This document shows, piece by piece, positions 40,001 through 48,545 of a DNA stretch of 64,000 bases (position 1 is its first letter; each line of letters begins with the position of its first letter). The notes beneath the pieces are model-generated. The model made no database searches. It was not told the DNA's origin and saw only the letters and a program-made list of their open reading frames with translations. Both the position numbers and the translations under genes were made by a program. This DNA comes from an uncultured Chitinophaga sp. (GTDB lineage: Bacteria > Bacteroidota > Bacteroidia > Bacteroidales > GCA-2748055). The stretch lies in contig CAYGFI010000005.1 of the NCBI GenBank assembly GCA_964349045.1, positions 5,564 through 69,563 on the forward strand, in the 5' to 3' direction.

Positions 40001-40397
40001 TCCAGTCACTACCGGAGCCGGATGCCAGTTCAAACTCACCCGTTTCATTTGTCTCAACCGGTATTTCACTGCTGCCTTCAATACTGATGGATACATTGGC
40101 AAGAGGGATATTGGAATCGGATAATATTATTCCTTTAATGGATTTAATTTCCTGACCCTTAGAAGGCTGAATACTTGCAAGCTGTAAAAATGATGCAATA
40201 AGCAGGATTTGCACCGGAAGAGTTGCCGATAGAAAATGAATCTTCCGGCCCCTGGATTGTTGCTTTCTTTCAAACAAATCAATAACAAAAGAAGAAAGCA
40301 CTTGAGGGTATAACCTGACTTTTCTATAAATTCCCAACATTTTCAGCGAATTTTTAAAGTGATAATAAAAACTTATTATGTCGAAAGGGCTTTTCAT
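37071..40397 (-). CDS. SusC/RagA family TonB-dependent transporter
   Basis: 1108-aa ORF with a CarboxypepD_reg-like domain (IKGIILSDSNIPLANVSISIEG), a plug (TTIRGINSINSSNQPLYIVDGIP) and a terminal ...GIKIGL. The true start is uncertain because the signal-like segment KIHFLSATLPVQILLIASFLQLA begins about 60 aa into the ORF. Confidence 0.8.
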   Translation of the reverse strand: MKSPFDIISFYYHFKNSLKMLGIYRKVRLYPQVLSSFVIDLFERKQQSRGRKIHFLSATLPVQILLIASFLQLASIQPSKGQEIKSIKGIILSDSNIPLANVSISIEGSSEIPVETNETGEFELASGSGSDWIIISPVDHYKMKRIYLNNRTELKIYLTSGDVVSGDDPVNILSQLIPRRNIITAFTSLNTQDIRHSNAITVDQYMQGRVSGMDVVNRSGMPSSGAITTIRGINSINSSNQPLYIVDGIPLINHGIFNSNLSGFAYNPLLGINPLDISTTTVIKDPSITAAYGSKASNGLILIETLDPSVTQTTIDFDLRSGYSLKPANLIPQMSGEQHRTLMSEVLYSSGKFEETLQKEYPSLFLTPEDDNYIDYQHNTNWQRQIFDNSYFSNVNIKVKGGDEIARYGLSFGYLDSKGIIKNTDYKGYNLRFVSRLNIFTWLKMNAGVSLNYSLSSLKEAATIKETSPIHSSLAKSPLLNPFQYDIDGNLLKILAEVDDIGVSNPLATINNFKARNGNYNFISSLDFESRINKSLIAVSKFSLSYNVLKEQIFMPNHGMEHYYNMEAINVSKSTNNDLRTFYNNTYLSFRKSFGKDHKISSSTGVNIQANQFQLDWGLTKNAHPNDQYTTISDGKDNLREIGGDNRIWNWMSYYEYFLYSFKDRYLFTGSVSLDGSSRVGDNAANTFLISSSPFGFFYSGGLAWRISGEKFLKNVSWLEDLKVRVSMGKTGNDDIGESSATNYYQAVKFRTTVGLYPALLPNEKLTYETVKQINTGVDFALLGNRVNFSFDVFQSKTENMLIFSPVEAYLGYNLRNENSGEMENKGWEFSTFIRMVDMQSFKWDIQANLSTFSNKVTEIKGGSLVTKIQGADIINKIGAPANSFYGFVFKGVYSTNAEANAANLVNDKYIRYKAGDAIYEDRSGPNGTPDGVINSFDKTTIGSSMPDFFGGLTNAFTFKRFRFSTILQFISGNEVFNYIRYLNEQMTGLENQSIAVLNRWQYEGQKTDVPRALWGDPVGNSAFSTRWIEDGSYLRVKNITLSYTIPEQFLAFRNAEFYVSVNNIFTSSRYLGYDPEFGYSFSQIHQGVDYGQSPQPRQFIAGIKIGL

Positions 40398-40430
40398 TCC
40401 TGGTTAATGTTTATTCAAAGTAAATTGATT

Positions 40431-41963
40431 TTATTGAGGAATAAATTCAATATAGTCCAGTGATAGTCCGTTATTAAGAACTTTACCCGGCCCAATATAT
40501 TCGAACTTAATTCTGGTTTCACCATATTGAGTTAAGTTTTCAACATAGCAGTCGATTATATTAAAGCCGTTTTTTGTGGCAAACCTCTTTCCGGTGACAC
40601 TTGTATAAACGTTTTTCATTAAAACATAATAATAATAGTCAAAATTCTTAACCTTCACATTATTAACATAAATGTTATATATACCTCCCCGATTGGTATT
40701 GGTGCCCATTACCATCAGGTATTTTCTGGGGAAGATGTTATCAATATTAAACTCAACTGTATATATACCCGAATAGCCTTTATCAAAGTTTACGGTTAAT
40801 ACAGTGTCATTGGAAGCAACCGGCACCAGTTCCTTCAACGGTGCGTAAGAAGCATTACTTATAATGCTTACATTTCCTAACCAAGCATACCGGTTAACAC
40901 CAATTTCTTTCAGGAGATCTTCACCCTCAAACCTCATCTTTGTGGCAAACAGTGTATCGGGAACAATAAAGTTGGCATAATTATATGCATAGCCGTTGCT
41001 GCAAATCGCCTTGTCAGCAACTTCGTATTTGATTATGATACTGTCGCCAAGTATGTTTTTCATCTTTATTGTATCCCTCGATGTTTTAATAGTAAATTCA
41101 ACAGGTTCAACCATATTTTCAAATACACCATATTTAAGCAGATATGGCATTAAAACCTTTTTTTGCCAGACGATGGAAATATCCCTGTAATCAGTAAAAT
41201 TTCCACCCAGAGAACCAGCCATGACTGTAAGCGCATTATTATAATCCTCTTCTCTTGGGAACACCAGGGTTGCTGTCTTGAATCGAGACTCTTTACTTAC
41301 AGGAAAAAATTCCTCCTCAAACTTGTTGTATTTTATCGAAACAGTATCGTAAATAGTATTCCCATCCTCATCAAAATACAATGGCCTGCTTAATTCTTTA
41401 TCAATGATTATTGAATCCTGGCTATCAATGTAGCTTTTCAAAACCGGATTAGTAGCTGAAATGTATTCGTAAAGATTGGGTTTAGGAATTGCCACCTGAT
41501 TCATTTTGAAGTATTTTCCATTAAGGTAGAGGGGACTTTCAAAATCCAGCACAATATCGTCAAATCTGGCAGGACTAACAGAATTATCAAAAAGAGCAAA
41601 TTTCTTATTAAAAGTCTCAATTTTTCGTTTTCCCTTAACATTTCCCGACTGGATAAAAAAGTTTGAAATATGGTATGCAATATACCCGGCAGTGATGCTG
41701 TCCGAGGATGGAAGCTGATTAAATGCATAGTTAGTCGGAGCAAAAACTGAATAGGTATTACTTTTAAGAAAAAGGGTATCGTATTTATATTTCTTAATAT
41801 ATTGTACGAGAATGGATAAATCCTTATCATTCTGTAAGGAATCCCAAACATTTGCATTAATAGATGTAACAGTCGTATTATAATGATCTTCCCATTCATT
41901 ATTAGTACAACCGAAAAGTACACTCAGTAATACAATTACTGCTATTCCGATTTTACGTTTCAT
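40431..41963 (-). CDS. Lipoprotein with two FAS1 (fasciclin) domains and a C-terminal CBM-like beta-sandwich region
   Basis: Start taken at the internal ATG 41963 (MKRKIGIAVIVLLSVLFGCTNNEW). FAS1 marks are YSVFAPTNYAFNQL and SNGYAYNYANFIVP. The C-terminal region runs from MRFEGEDLL to GLSLDYIEFIPQ. Confidence 0.6.
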   Translation of the reverse strand: MKRKIGIAVIVLLSVLFGCTNNEWEDHYNTTVTSINANVWDSLQNDKDLSILVQYIKKYKYDTLFLKSNTYSVFAPTNYAFNQLPSSDSITAGYIAYHISNFFIQSGNVKGKRKIETFNKKFALFDNSVSPARFDDIVLDFESPLYLNGKYFKMNQVAIPKPNLYEYISATNPVLKSYIDSQDSIIIDKELSRPLYFDEDGNTIYDTVSIKYNKFEEEFFPVSKESRFKTATLVFPREEDYNNALTVMAGSLGGNFTDYRDISIVWQKKVLMPYLLKYGVFENMVEPVEFTIKTSRDTIKMKNILGDSIIIKYEVADKAICSNGYAYNYANFIVPDTLFATKMRFEGEDLLKEIGVNRYAWLGNVSIISNASYAPLKELVPVASNDTVLTVNFDKGYSGIYTVEFNIDNIFPRKYLMVMGTNTNRGGIYNIYVNNVKVKNFDYYYYVLMKNVYTSVTGKRFATKNGFNIIDCYVENLTQYGETRIKFEYIGPGKVLNNGLSLDYIEFIPQ

Positions 41964-41974
41964 TCTGCTAATAT

Positions 41975-43621
41975 TTATATAGGTTCGAATCGAACATAAT
42001 CCCACCAAAACAGGCCCGGTATCAGCGATTTAATCTGGATTGTGTGCTCTGCATACTTTACAAAATTAATAGGGCCCAATTTAACCTCCCTGATAGACCA
42101 GTCCGCACTACCGCCGGTAGACAAGTCTACCAGTCCTCCCATCTTTTTACCATCAATACTTACTTCCACGATAGCATTTAGAGCGTTGAAGATATTAGCA
42201 CTTAACCAGACAGTATATAATCCCTGCACAATTTTTGGAACAGTATAGGTAATAGTAAAGTCACCATTAATAAGTAAATAATCGCCATAAACCCCTGAAC
42301 CGTAAAAATCAGGGTCACTTACAAAGAAAAGATCAGCACCTGAATATTTCACATTAAATAAGGACAAAGAATCCTCAATTAAAAACTCATTGTAGGGTTC
42401 TGTCCTGAATTTATTAAAAAGGGGTTCTTCATAAAATGAAAAATACATATTAGCCCTGGACGGTTGTTTCTGTTCTAAGATCTGATCAATAAAATGAATA
42501 ACTCCGCTTTGAGTAAGAACATTACTCTCATCATAATAAAAACCGATATAATTAATAATAGTAGTATCAAGGCCGTTAATTATCGTATCAAAATTTTGTT
42601 TTCCCTTATTGATTGCTATATCGAGTCCTTTTCCGTCTATCAGGAGCGGAATTTCAGAATAGGTTGTGTAATTAGTGATCACATCCCCAAAATCATCAAG
42701 AAATCGGGTATCTGTAAGTATATGGTATCTCAAGTATCCATTTAAGGGGTTGGTTATATTCGTGAAATCCGAATTTCCTGGACTGATCAGGTTTGCCAGG
42801 TCTTCAAATGAATATATATTCATCCTGTTATAGACAGAGTCCGGTTCAATCAATATGGTGAATGCACGGGCCACTGTATTCTCATCCTTTGTGTTCAGAT
42901 CAAGGGTTGTTTTAAGACCGGCTGCATCAATTGCCTCTTTGAAAATTGAAAACTCCGGATGTTGTTCAATCCAGTCGTAAGTAGTGTAAACTATTGGTAT
43001 CAGGGTGCTGCTTATAACATTGATATATCCGTTTGATAATTCAATATCCTGCAATACCACCGGAGCTTGATTATTGATTTTATAGTAGGAAGTATCAGGT
43101 TCGATTACAAAACTAACCGTCAGCCTGTCGCCTGAAAGAGTATATTCCGGTAATGCACCAAAAGGAAAATCATCAGTACTGATGCTCATATCCACGATGT
43201 GGTACCTGCCCAGGATATAAACATAGGCTGTGTCGGCAAGCAAATCCTCGAGTGAAGTGAATTTTCCGCTCTCCTGGATAAATTTATCAATAGCGGCATT
43301 ATCGGGAAGAAATAAAGTATAACCGGTGTTGTTTGGATTATATGCGCTCAGCATTTTGGAAGCCTTCCCTGTTTCCAGAATTCTCAGAAAACTGGAATAC
43401 TTTTCCTTGTTAAGAACTATATAATCATAAATAGTTAATTTGTCCTGGTCCTCAAAATTTGCAACTACTGGTTCTTTATCACAGGAAAATAGACTTAAAA
43501 TAATTATTAAAGCAACAAGTGTTTCAAAAATCAAATTAAGGAGGGATCTCAAATTTAATCCGGCACAACAGCGATCTGTCATACTCTTTTTGTTGAACTG
43601 TATTTTTTCGAATTCTATCAT
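41975..43621 (-). CDS. Lipoprotein with two FAS1 (fasciclin) domains and a C-terminal CBM-like region
   Basis: Start taken at ATG 43621 (MIEFEKIQ...LSLFSCDKEP), just after the SusD stop. FAS1 marks are YTLFLPDNAAIDKF, NGYINVISSTLIP and SGVIHFIDQIL. The C-terminus ends LFWWDYVRFEPI. Confidence 0.6.
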   Translation of the reverse strand: MIEFEKIQFNKKSMTDRCCAGLNLRSLLNLIFETLVALIIILSLFSCDKEPVVANFEDQDKLTIYDYIVLNKEKYSSFLRILETGKASKMLSAYNPNNTGYTLFLPDNAAIDKFIQESGKFTSLEDLLADTAYVYILGRYHIVDMSISTDDFPFGALPEYTLSGDRLTVSFVIEPDTSYYKINNQAPVVLQDIELSNGYINVISSTLIPIVYTTYDWIEQHPEFSIFKEAIDAAGLKTTLDLNTKDENTVARAFTILIEPDSVYNRMNIYSFEDLANLISPGNSDFTNITNPLNGYLRYHILTDTRFLDDFGDVITNYTTYSEIPLLIDGKGLDIAINKGKQNFDTIINGLDTTIINYIGFYYDESNVLTQSGVIHFIDQILEQKQPSRANMYFSFYEEPLFNKFRTEPYNEFLIEDSLSLFNVKYSGADLFFVSDPDFYGSGVYGDYLLINGDFTITYTVPKIVQGLYTVWLSANIFNALNAIVEVSIDGKKMGGLVDLSTGGSADWSIREVKLGPINFVKYAEHTIQIKSLIPGLFWWDYVRFEPI

Positions 43622-43634
43622 ATTTTTACAAATC

Positions 43635-45155
43635 CTAAAAGTTATAATAGGGATTTTGAACAAGGGCTTTATTGCGCTCAAGTTCCGTGTCATAAATAGG
43701 CATGTACCAGCCAAGCGGATTATTTAGCTTGGTAGCCAGGACCCTTTTCTGTGTTGAAGGAACATTTAAAACAATAATTTCAATTAATTTACTTTTACGT
43801 TTATAATCATTTCTCCGCCCCATCCTGAGAAGATCGAACCATCGTTTACCTTCAAATGCCAATTCCCGTGCGCGTTCATCTAGTATAGCATCTTCAAATG
43901 TACTTGCAGAATTTGGCAGATCCAATAATTGAACATTAGCTCTTTCGCGGATATCATTAAGAATTGCAAGGGCTTCCGGGAATCTGTTAATTTGGGATAA
44001 TGCTTCAGCTTTCATTAAATAGACATCTGCTAAACGATAAATGATCCAGTTTGCGCTGCTTGCCTCTATTCCTGACCTTACTGATTTTCCGTCAGGCCTC
44101 TGTCCAACATACTTCCAGATAATATAATTATTCTCGCCAATTTTGGCAATAGATTTATCCTCTCCGCGGTTGGGCTCCCGTTTTGAGGCTTGCTGAGTAA
44201 ACTCATTTGCAAAAATTTCAAGAGCCCGTTGACTGGGATCATAATTATTACTGTATTGCTGAGTCATTCCATAAATGTGGTTCCTTTGATTTAAAGCATC
44301 ATCAAAAAAGAATTCGAAAATTGTCTCCTTGCTTACCGGGTCCGTTTGCGGATAGTAATTTTCAAACCAGTCCGAACCCTCCAGGAGATGATGTTTGTTC
44401 AAAGCTATTAAGTTGTTAACCTGGGATATACATGCCTCGTAATCAGAAGGATCTGAAGAACCCGAGGCTTTCCAAAGGTAGATATCAGCCAGAAGAGCAT
44501 AAATTGCAGCTTTTGTAGCACGGCTTTTAACTTCCCTTAATGTTGGATATCCATCAATAGTTGCCCAGTTGATGGATTGTTTCAGATCAATTATCATTTG
44601 ATCCAGCACATCATCACCATCAGTTTTTGAAAGGTATAATTCAGCATCGTCGGTTGATGTTGGCATAAGTACAAGGGGTACATCTCTGAAAACTCTCACC
44701 AGGTAAAAATAGGCAAGGCTGCGGAGAAAATAGGCTTCCGATAAATAACCTTTGAGCTGGTAATCAGAGAAGGTGTTATCTATTTCTTTAACCTGCGGGG
44801 CAAAACTTATTACCTCATTGCAGAAATTAATAATCTTATAAAAACCAGTCCAGTTACAAAGGCCATTTTCAGGGTAAATATTACTTTCCATGACCTTTTT
44901 TTCATCCCCCGATGTATTAAAGTCTGATTTTACCAGGTCACCGCGTATTTCCCCATAAATAAAAAATAAGTTATCCATTTGCCCAAATGAGGTATACGCT
45001 CCCATTAATACAGCCTGAACATCTTCCTTGGTCTTCCAGAATTCTTCCCTGATGAGCCCCTGAGGTGGAATGAGAGCCATCCAGTCTTCGCATGCAAACT
45101 GAACACTTAGTAGGGTTAATATAAGAATTAGCTTCGCTTTTGTTTTCATCATCAT
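43635..45155 (-). CDS. SusD/RagB family lipoprotein
   Basis: 506 aa with signal LLSVQFACEDW. It has the SusD-like C-terminal region (ERARELAFEGKRWFDLLR) and lies downstream of a SusC gene. Confidence 0.85.
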   Translation of the reverse strand: MMMKTKAKLILILTLLSVQFACEDWMALIPPQGLIREEFWKTKEDVQAVLMGAYTSFGQMDNLFFIYGEIRGDLVKSDFNTSGDEKKVMESNIYPENGLCNWTGFYKIINFCNEVISFAPQVKEIDNTFSDYQLKGYLSEAYFLRSLAYFYLVRVFRDVPLVLMPTSTDDAELYLSKTDGDDVLDQMIIDLKQSINWATIDGYPTLREVKSRATKAAIYALLADIYLWKASGSSDPSDYEACISQVNNLIALNKHHLLEGSDWFENYYPQTDPVSKETIFEFFFDDALNQRNHIYGMTQQYSNNYDPSQRALEIFANEFTQQASKREPNRGEDKSIAKIGENNYIIWKYVGQRPDGKSVRSGIEASSANWIIYRLADVYLMKAEALSQINRFPEALAILNDIRERANVQLLDLPNSASTFEDAILDERARELAFEGKRWFDLLRMGRRNDYKRKSKLIEIIVLNVPSTQKRVLATKLNNPLGWYMPIYDTELERNKALVQNPYYNF

Positions 45156-45271
45156 TTAATATATTTTTTAGCAGCCAGATGGAACAATTATTTTATAAAT
45201 TTCTTTCATAAAGTCGGTGTTCGAATAACATGTGGGTTTCATTTTTGCCATTCCTTAAAAGTTCACATTAA

Positions 45272-48200
45272 TTAAAATCCGATTGATGCTGTAAATGTTA
45301 CCATCCTTGACGGGGGAGTTCTGGCATTATCAACCCCGATCCAGAACGGGTCGGTAGCATCCTGGCTAACTTCCGGGTCCTGTCCTGAATAATTGGTAAA
45401 AGTCATCAGTTTACGTCCGCTTAATGCCAGAGTTAATGACCTAAGGTTCAGTTTATTGCATATCGACTGAGGGAGCCTGTATCCGATCATTACATTAAGC
45501 AGTCTCAGGTAATCTCCTTTCTCAACATACCGGTCAGACCCGAGATTGTTAGCCGGATTATACAAATATGCCCGCGGTAGCATAGCTTTTTCATCCTGCC
45601 CCTGGACTCTCCATCTTCGCAATACAGCTTTACTCTGATTATTCTTGTCATTCATTCCTTCAGTCGATATGGCTACTCCATTAATAATATCAAAACCGAG
45701 GCGATAATGAAAACCGCATGAAACCTCCCAGCTTTTATATTTAGCCGAGGTTCCGTAACCGCCAATAAAATCCGGATTGGAGTCCCCAATATAGACCACG
45801 TCATTCAGATCGATTTTGCCATCGTGATTTATATCCTGATACCTGGCATCACCACCTTTGAATTTATAAGTACCGAGGTAAGTCATGGGAATAGGTGAAC
45901 CATTGTTATCATAAAGAATGTTTCCATCAGCATCACGTGCCATGGCATCTGCATCGGTCGGATAAACACCTAAATACCTGAATCCGAAGAAGGAACCCAT
46001 GGCTTGTCCTTGTTCAACCCTTCGGGGATATTCACCGTTGCCAATGGATGTAGATTTTTCTACATTAAAATTATCAGGAAGCCTGGTAAATGTGTTGATG
46101 TTTTGCGAAGAGTTGAAATAAACGGACCACCTGAAATCCTTTTTGCGGATAAGTTTAATGTCAAACATCAATTCCCAACCCCTGTTTTCCAGTTCACCTC
46201 CATTAAGTAACAGGAGTTTGTCGAAGCCTGATGAACCTGGAATTGGGTAATCCTTAAATAGAAGGTTTGATGTAGTCTTTTTATAAAGATCACCTTCCAA
46301 ATACATACGGTCCTTAAACAAATTAAATTCTATGCCAAGGTCAGTAGAACTAATGCTTTCCCATTTGAGGTTATTCAACTGGATTTGAGTAGGGACAACG
46401 GCTGTCAGGTTCATATAACTACTGGGATAAGGAGAACCATAAGTGGCAAATCGTGCATAAGGTGAACCAGGTTGACGTCCGGCGGTTCCCCAACTGGCAC
46501 GCAGCATACTTTCACCCAGAAAGCTAAGACTTTTAAAAAAGTTTTCATCCGAAAACCTCCACCCAACTGCAACTCCCTTGAAAACACCCCAACGGTTATT
46601 TGCTCCAAATGACGAACTTGCATCTGCCCTTGCAATAGTTTGAAGCATATAGCGATCCTTAAATTTATAGTTTAAATTCATAAGGGCACCTAATTCCCTC
46701 GTTTCCTGGGAACCTGTACCGATCCATCCAATCTGAGGATTAACGGAAGGATCCTGGATATCCGTACTCGGTGACTTAAGACTCTGGACGTACTGGTATT
46801 CCCAACCACTCTGAATGGTAACCCAGGTAAGAGCGCCTGAAAATATATGGTCTTTAGATTTAAAAGGTGAATCAAAAGCAAGCTGTGTTTCGGTATTGAT
46901 GGCAGAAGAGAGACCGTTGTTTTCATCTGCCCTGTTGATCTCCCATTCCAGCCAATCAAGTCCGATTGCATTGTATGGCAGGAAAGAATTTGCCTTATTT
47001 CCTGTATATTGGAACGATACAGTTTCCCTGAAAGTAATCTTATCCAGGATTTTGTAACGCAGAATAAATGTGTTATTCAGGGAATTACTGAGAACATCAT
47101 TTTTTCCAAGATTAGCAACAGCAACAGGATTAAAATAATTAAATCCACTACCCTGGTAACTGTTAATCGGGTTGAAATATTCACCGGTAAGTTTTCCATC
47201 GGCATCATGCTCCCAGATGCTCATATTGGGAGCTTTGATATAGGCCATTTCACGAATGTTCATACCCTGTGGCCTGCTATATACTATATAATTACCATCG
47301 GTTCTATTATTGGTGTAATTAAACTGTACAGAAAATAAAAGATTCCTCGAAAGAAAATAGTCGAGGTTAACGCGTGTTGAAAATCGTTTTGAACTGGTAT
47401 TTATGGTAGTACCCCCTTCATCTACATAACTTAATGATGTGAAATACCTTGTTTTCTGCCCCCCTCCTGAGATATTAAAATAATGGTCATTAGTTACAGA
47501 ATTCTGGGTTATTGCGCCTATCCAGTCAGTATTAGCGGAGTAGTTGTAAAAATCAACATAATCTTTATCATAGGCAATTTCTGAGGGAACTTTAAAGACC
47601 CCGTAGTTATTATGCCATTCTTCAAGCTGAAGCATAATATACTCATCGCCATTCAACATTGGGATTGGCGGGGGCTGATAATTAATACTGGTTTTATAGG
47701 AGTAATCGAATTGCACTTTTCCAAGGCGTCCTTTAAATGTTTCAATAATCAATACCCCGTCTGCTCCCTTTGACCCGTAAACGGCAGTAGAGGCTGCATC
47801 CTTTAGTACTTCAATCGATTTAATGTCCTGTAAAGCAATATTGACAAGGTTGCCGATATCCTCCGCATCAGCTGAACTCAGATCAAAACTGCCAGGTACG
47901 GAAAATTGAGGAATACCGTCAACGACGATCAGTGGTTTGTTATTTCCCATGGAGCTAATTCCACGGATAACAATCTGTGCCCCGGATCCGGGATCACCGG
48001 AAGCGCTGATGATATCAAGTCCGCTGACCTTTCCCTGCAAGGCATCAGAAGCGGAAGATACGCCCATCTCTTTCATATCCAGCAAATCAACCTTAACAGA
48101 TGATGAAGCATTATCCCGCTCATCGATATTGGTAAGGCTGTGACTTGATTTCGCCTTGACAGCAATAACGACTTCCTCCAATTCGAAATTGGTTTCAGCT

Positions 48201-48502
48201 AAATCAATACTCATAGGTTGTGTCGGATCAGGTATCACCTCCTTAGTTTCATAACCGATAAGGCTGATTTTAAGGATGTTATTAATATTTTTCATTTCAA
48301 GAATGAAGTCTCCGTTCACATTACAAATAGTCCCGTTTATAATACGGTCCTCTTTATCATACTCAATAATGTTTGCACCAATAATACCAAGCTTGTTATT
48401 ATCGATAACCCTTCCCCTGATTATGACCTTTTGCTGTGCTATGGCTGTTACAAAACCAAATATTGCAATTATAAGCAGGATAGTTTTTTTGAATTCTTTC
48501 AT
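45272..48502 (-). CDS. SusC/RagA family TonB-dependent transporter
   Basis: Start taken at the internal ATG 48502 (MKEFKKTILLIIAIFGFVTAIAQQ), which avoids overlap with the upstream gene. Plug region is VIRGISSMGNNKPLIVVDGIP and the terminal residues are ...FTASIGF. Confidence 0.85.
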   Translation of the reverse strand: MKEFKKTILLIIAIFGFVTAIAQQKVIIRGRVIDNNKLGIIGANIIEYDKEDRIINGTICNVNGDFILEMKNINNILKISLIGYETKEVIPDPTQPMSIDLAETNFELEEVVIAVKAKSSHSLTNIDERDNASSSVKVDLLDMKEMGVSSASDALQGKVSGLDIISASGDPGSGAQIVIRGISSMGNNKPLIVVDGIPQFSVPGSFDLSSADAEDIGNLVNIALQDIKSIEVLKDAASTAVYGSKGADGVLIIETFKGRLGKVQFDYSYKTSINYQPPPIPMLNGDEYIMLQLEEWHNNYGVFKVPSEIAYDKDYVDFYNYSANTDWIGAITQNSVTNDHYFNISGGGQKTRYFTSLSYVDEGGTTINTSSKRFSTRVNLDYFLSRNLLFSVQFNYTNNRTDGNYIVYSRPQGMNIREMAYIKAPNMSIWEHDADGKLTGEYFNPINSYQGSGFNYFNPVAVANLGKNDVLSNSLNNTFILRYKILDKITFRETVSFQYTGNKANSFLPYNAIGLDWLEWEINRADENNGLSSAINTETQLAFDSPFKSKDHIFSGALTWVTIQSGWEYQYVQSLKSPSTDIQDPSVNPQIGWIGTGSQETRELGALMNLNYKFKDRYMLQTIARADASSSFGANNRWGVFKGVAVGWRFSDENFFKSLSFLGESMLRASWGTAGRQPGSPYARFATYGSPYPSSYMNLTAVVPTQIQLNNLKWESISSTDLGIEFNLFKDRMYLEGDLYKKTTSNLLFKDYPIPGSSGFDKLLLLNGGELENRGWELMFDIKLIRKKDFRWSVYFNSSQNINTFTRLPDNFNVEKSTSIGNGEYPRRVEQGQAMGSFFGFRYLGVYPTDADAMARDADGNILYDNNGSPIPMTYLGTYKFKGGDARYQDINHDGKIDLNDVVYIGDSNPDFIGGYGTSAKYKSWEVSCGFHYRLGFDIINGVAISTEGMNDKNNQSKAVLRRWRVQGQDEKAMLPRAYLYNPANNLGSDRYVEKGDYLRLLNVMIGYRLPQSICNKLNLRSLTLALSGRKLMTFTNYSGQDPEVSQDATDPFWIGVDNARTPPSRMVTFTASIGF

Positions 48503-48545
48503 TTCGTTCACAAATCTTAGTTTAATAATCAATTTATCGAACAAA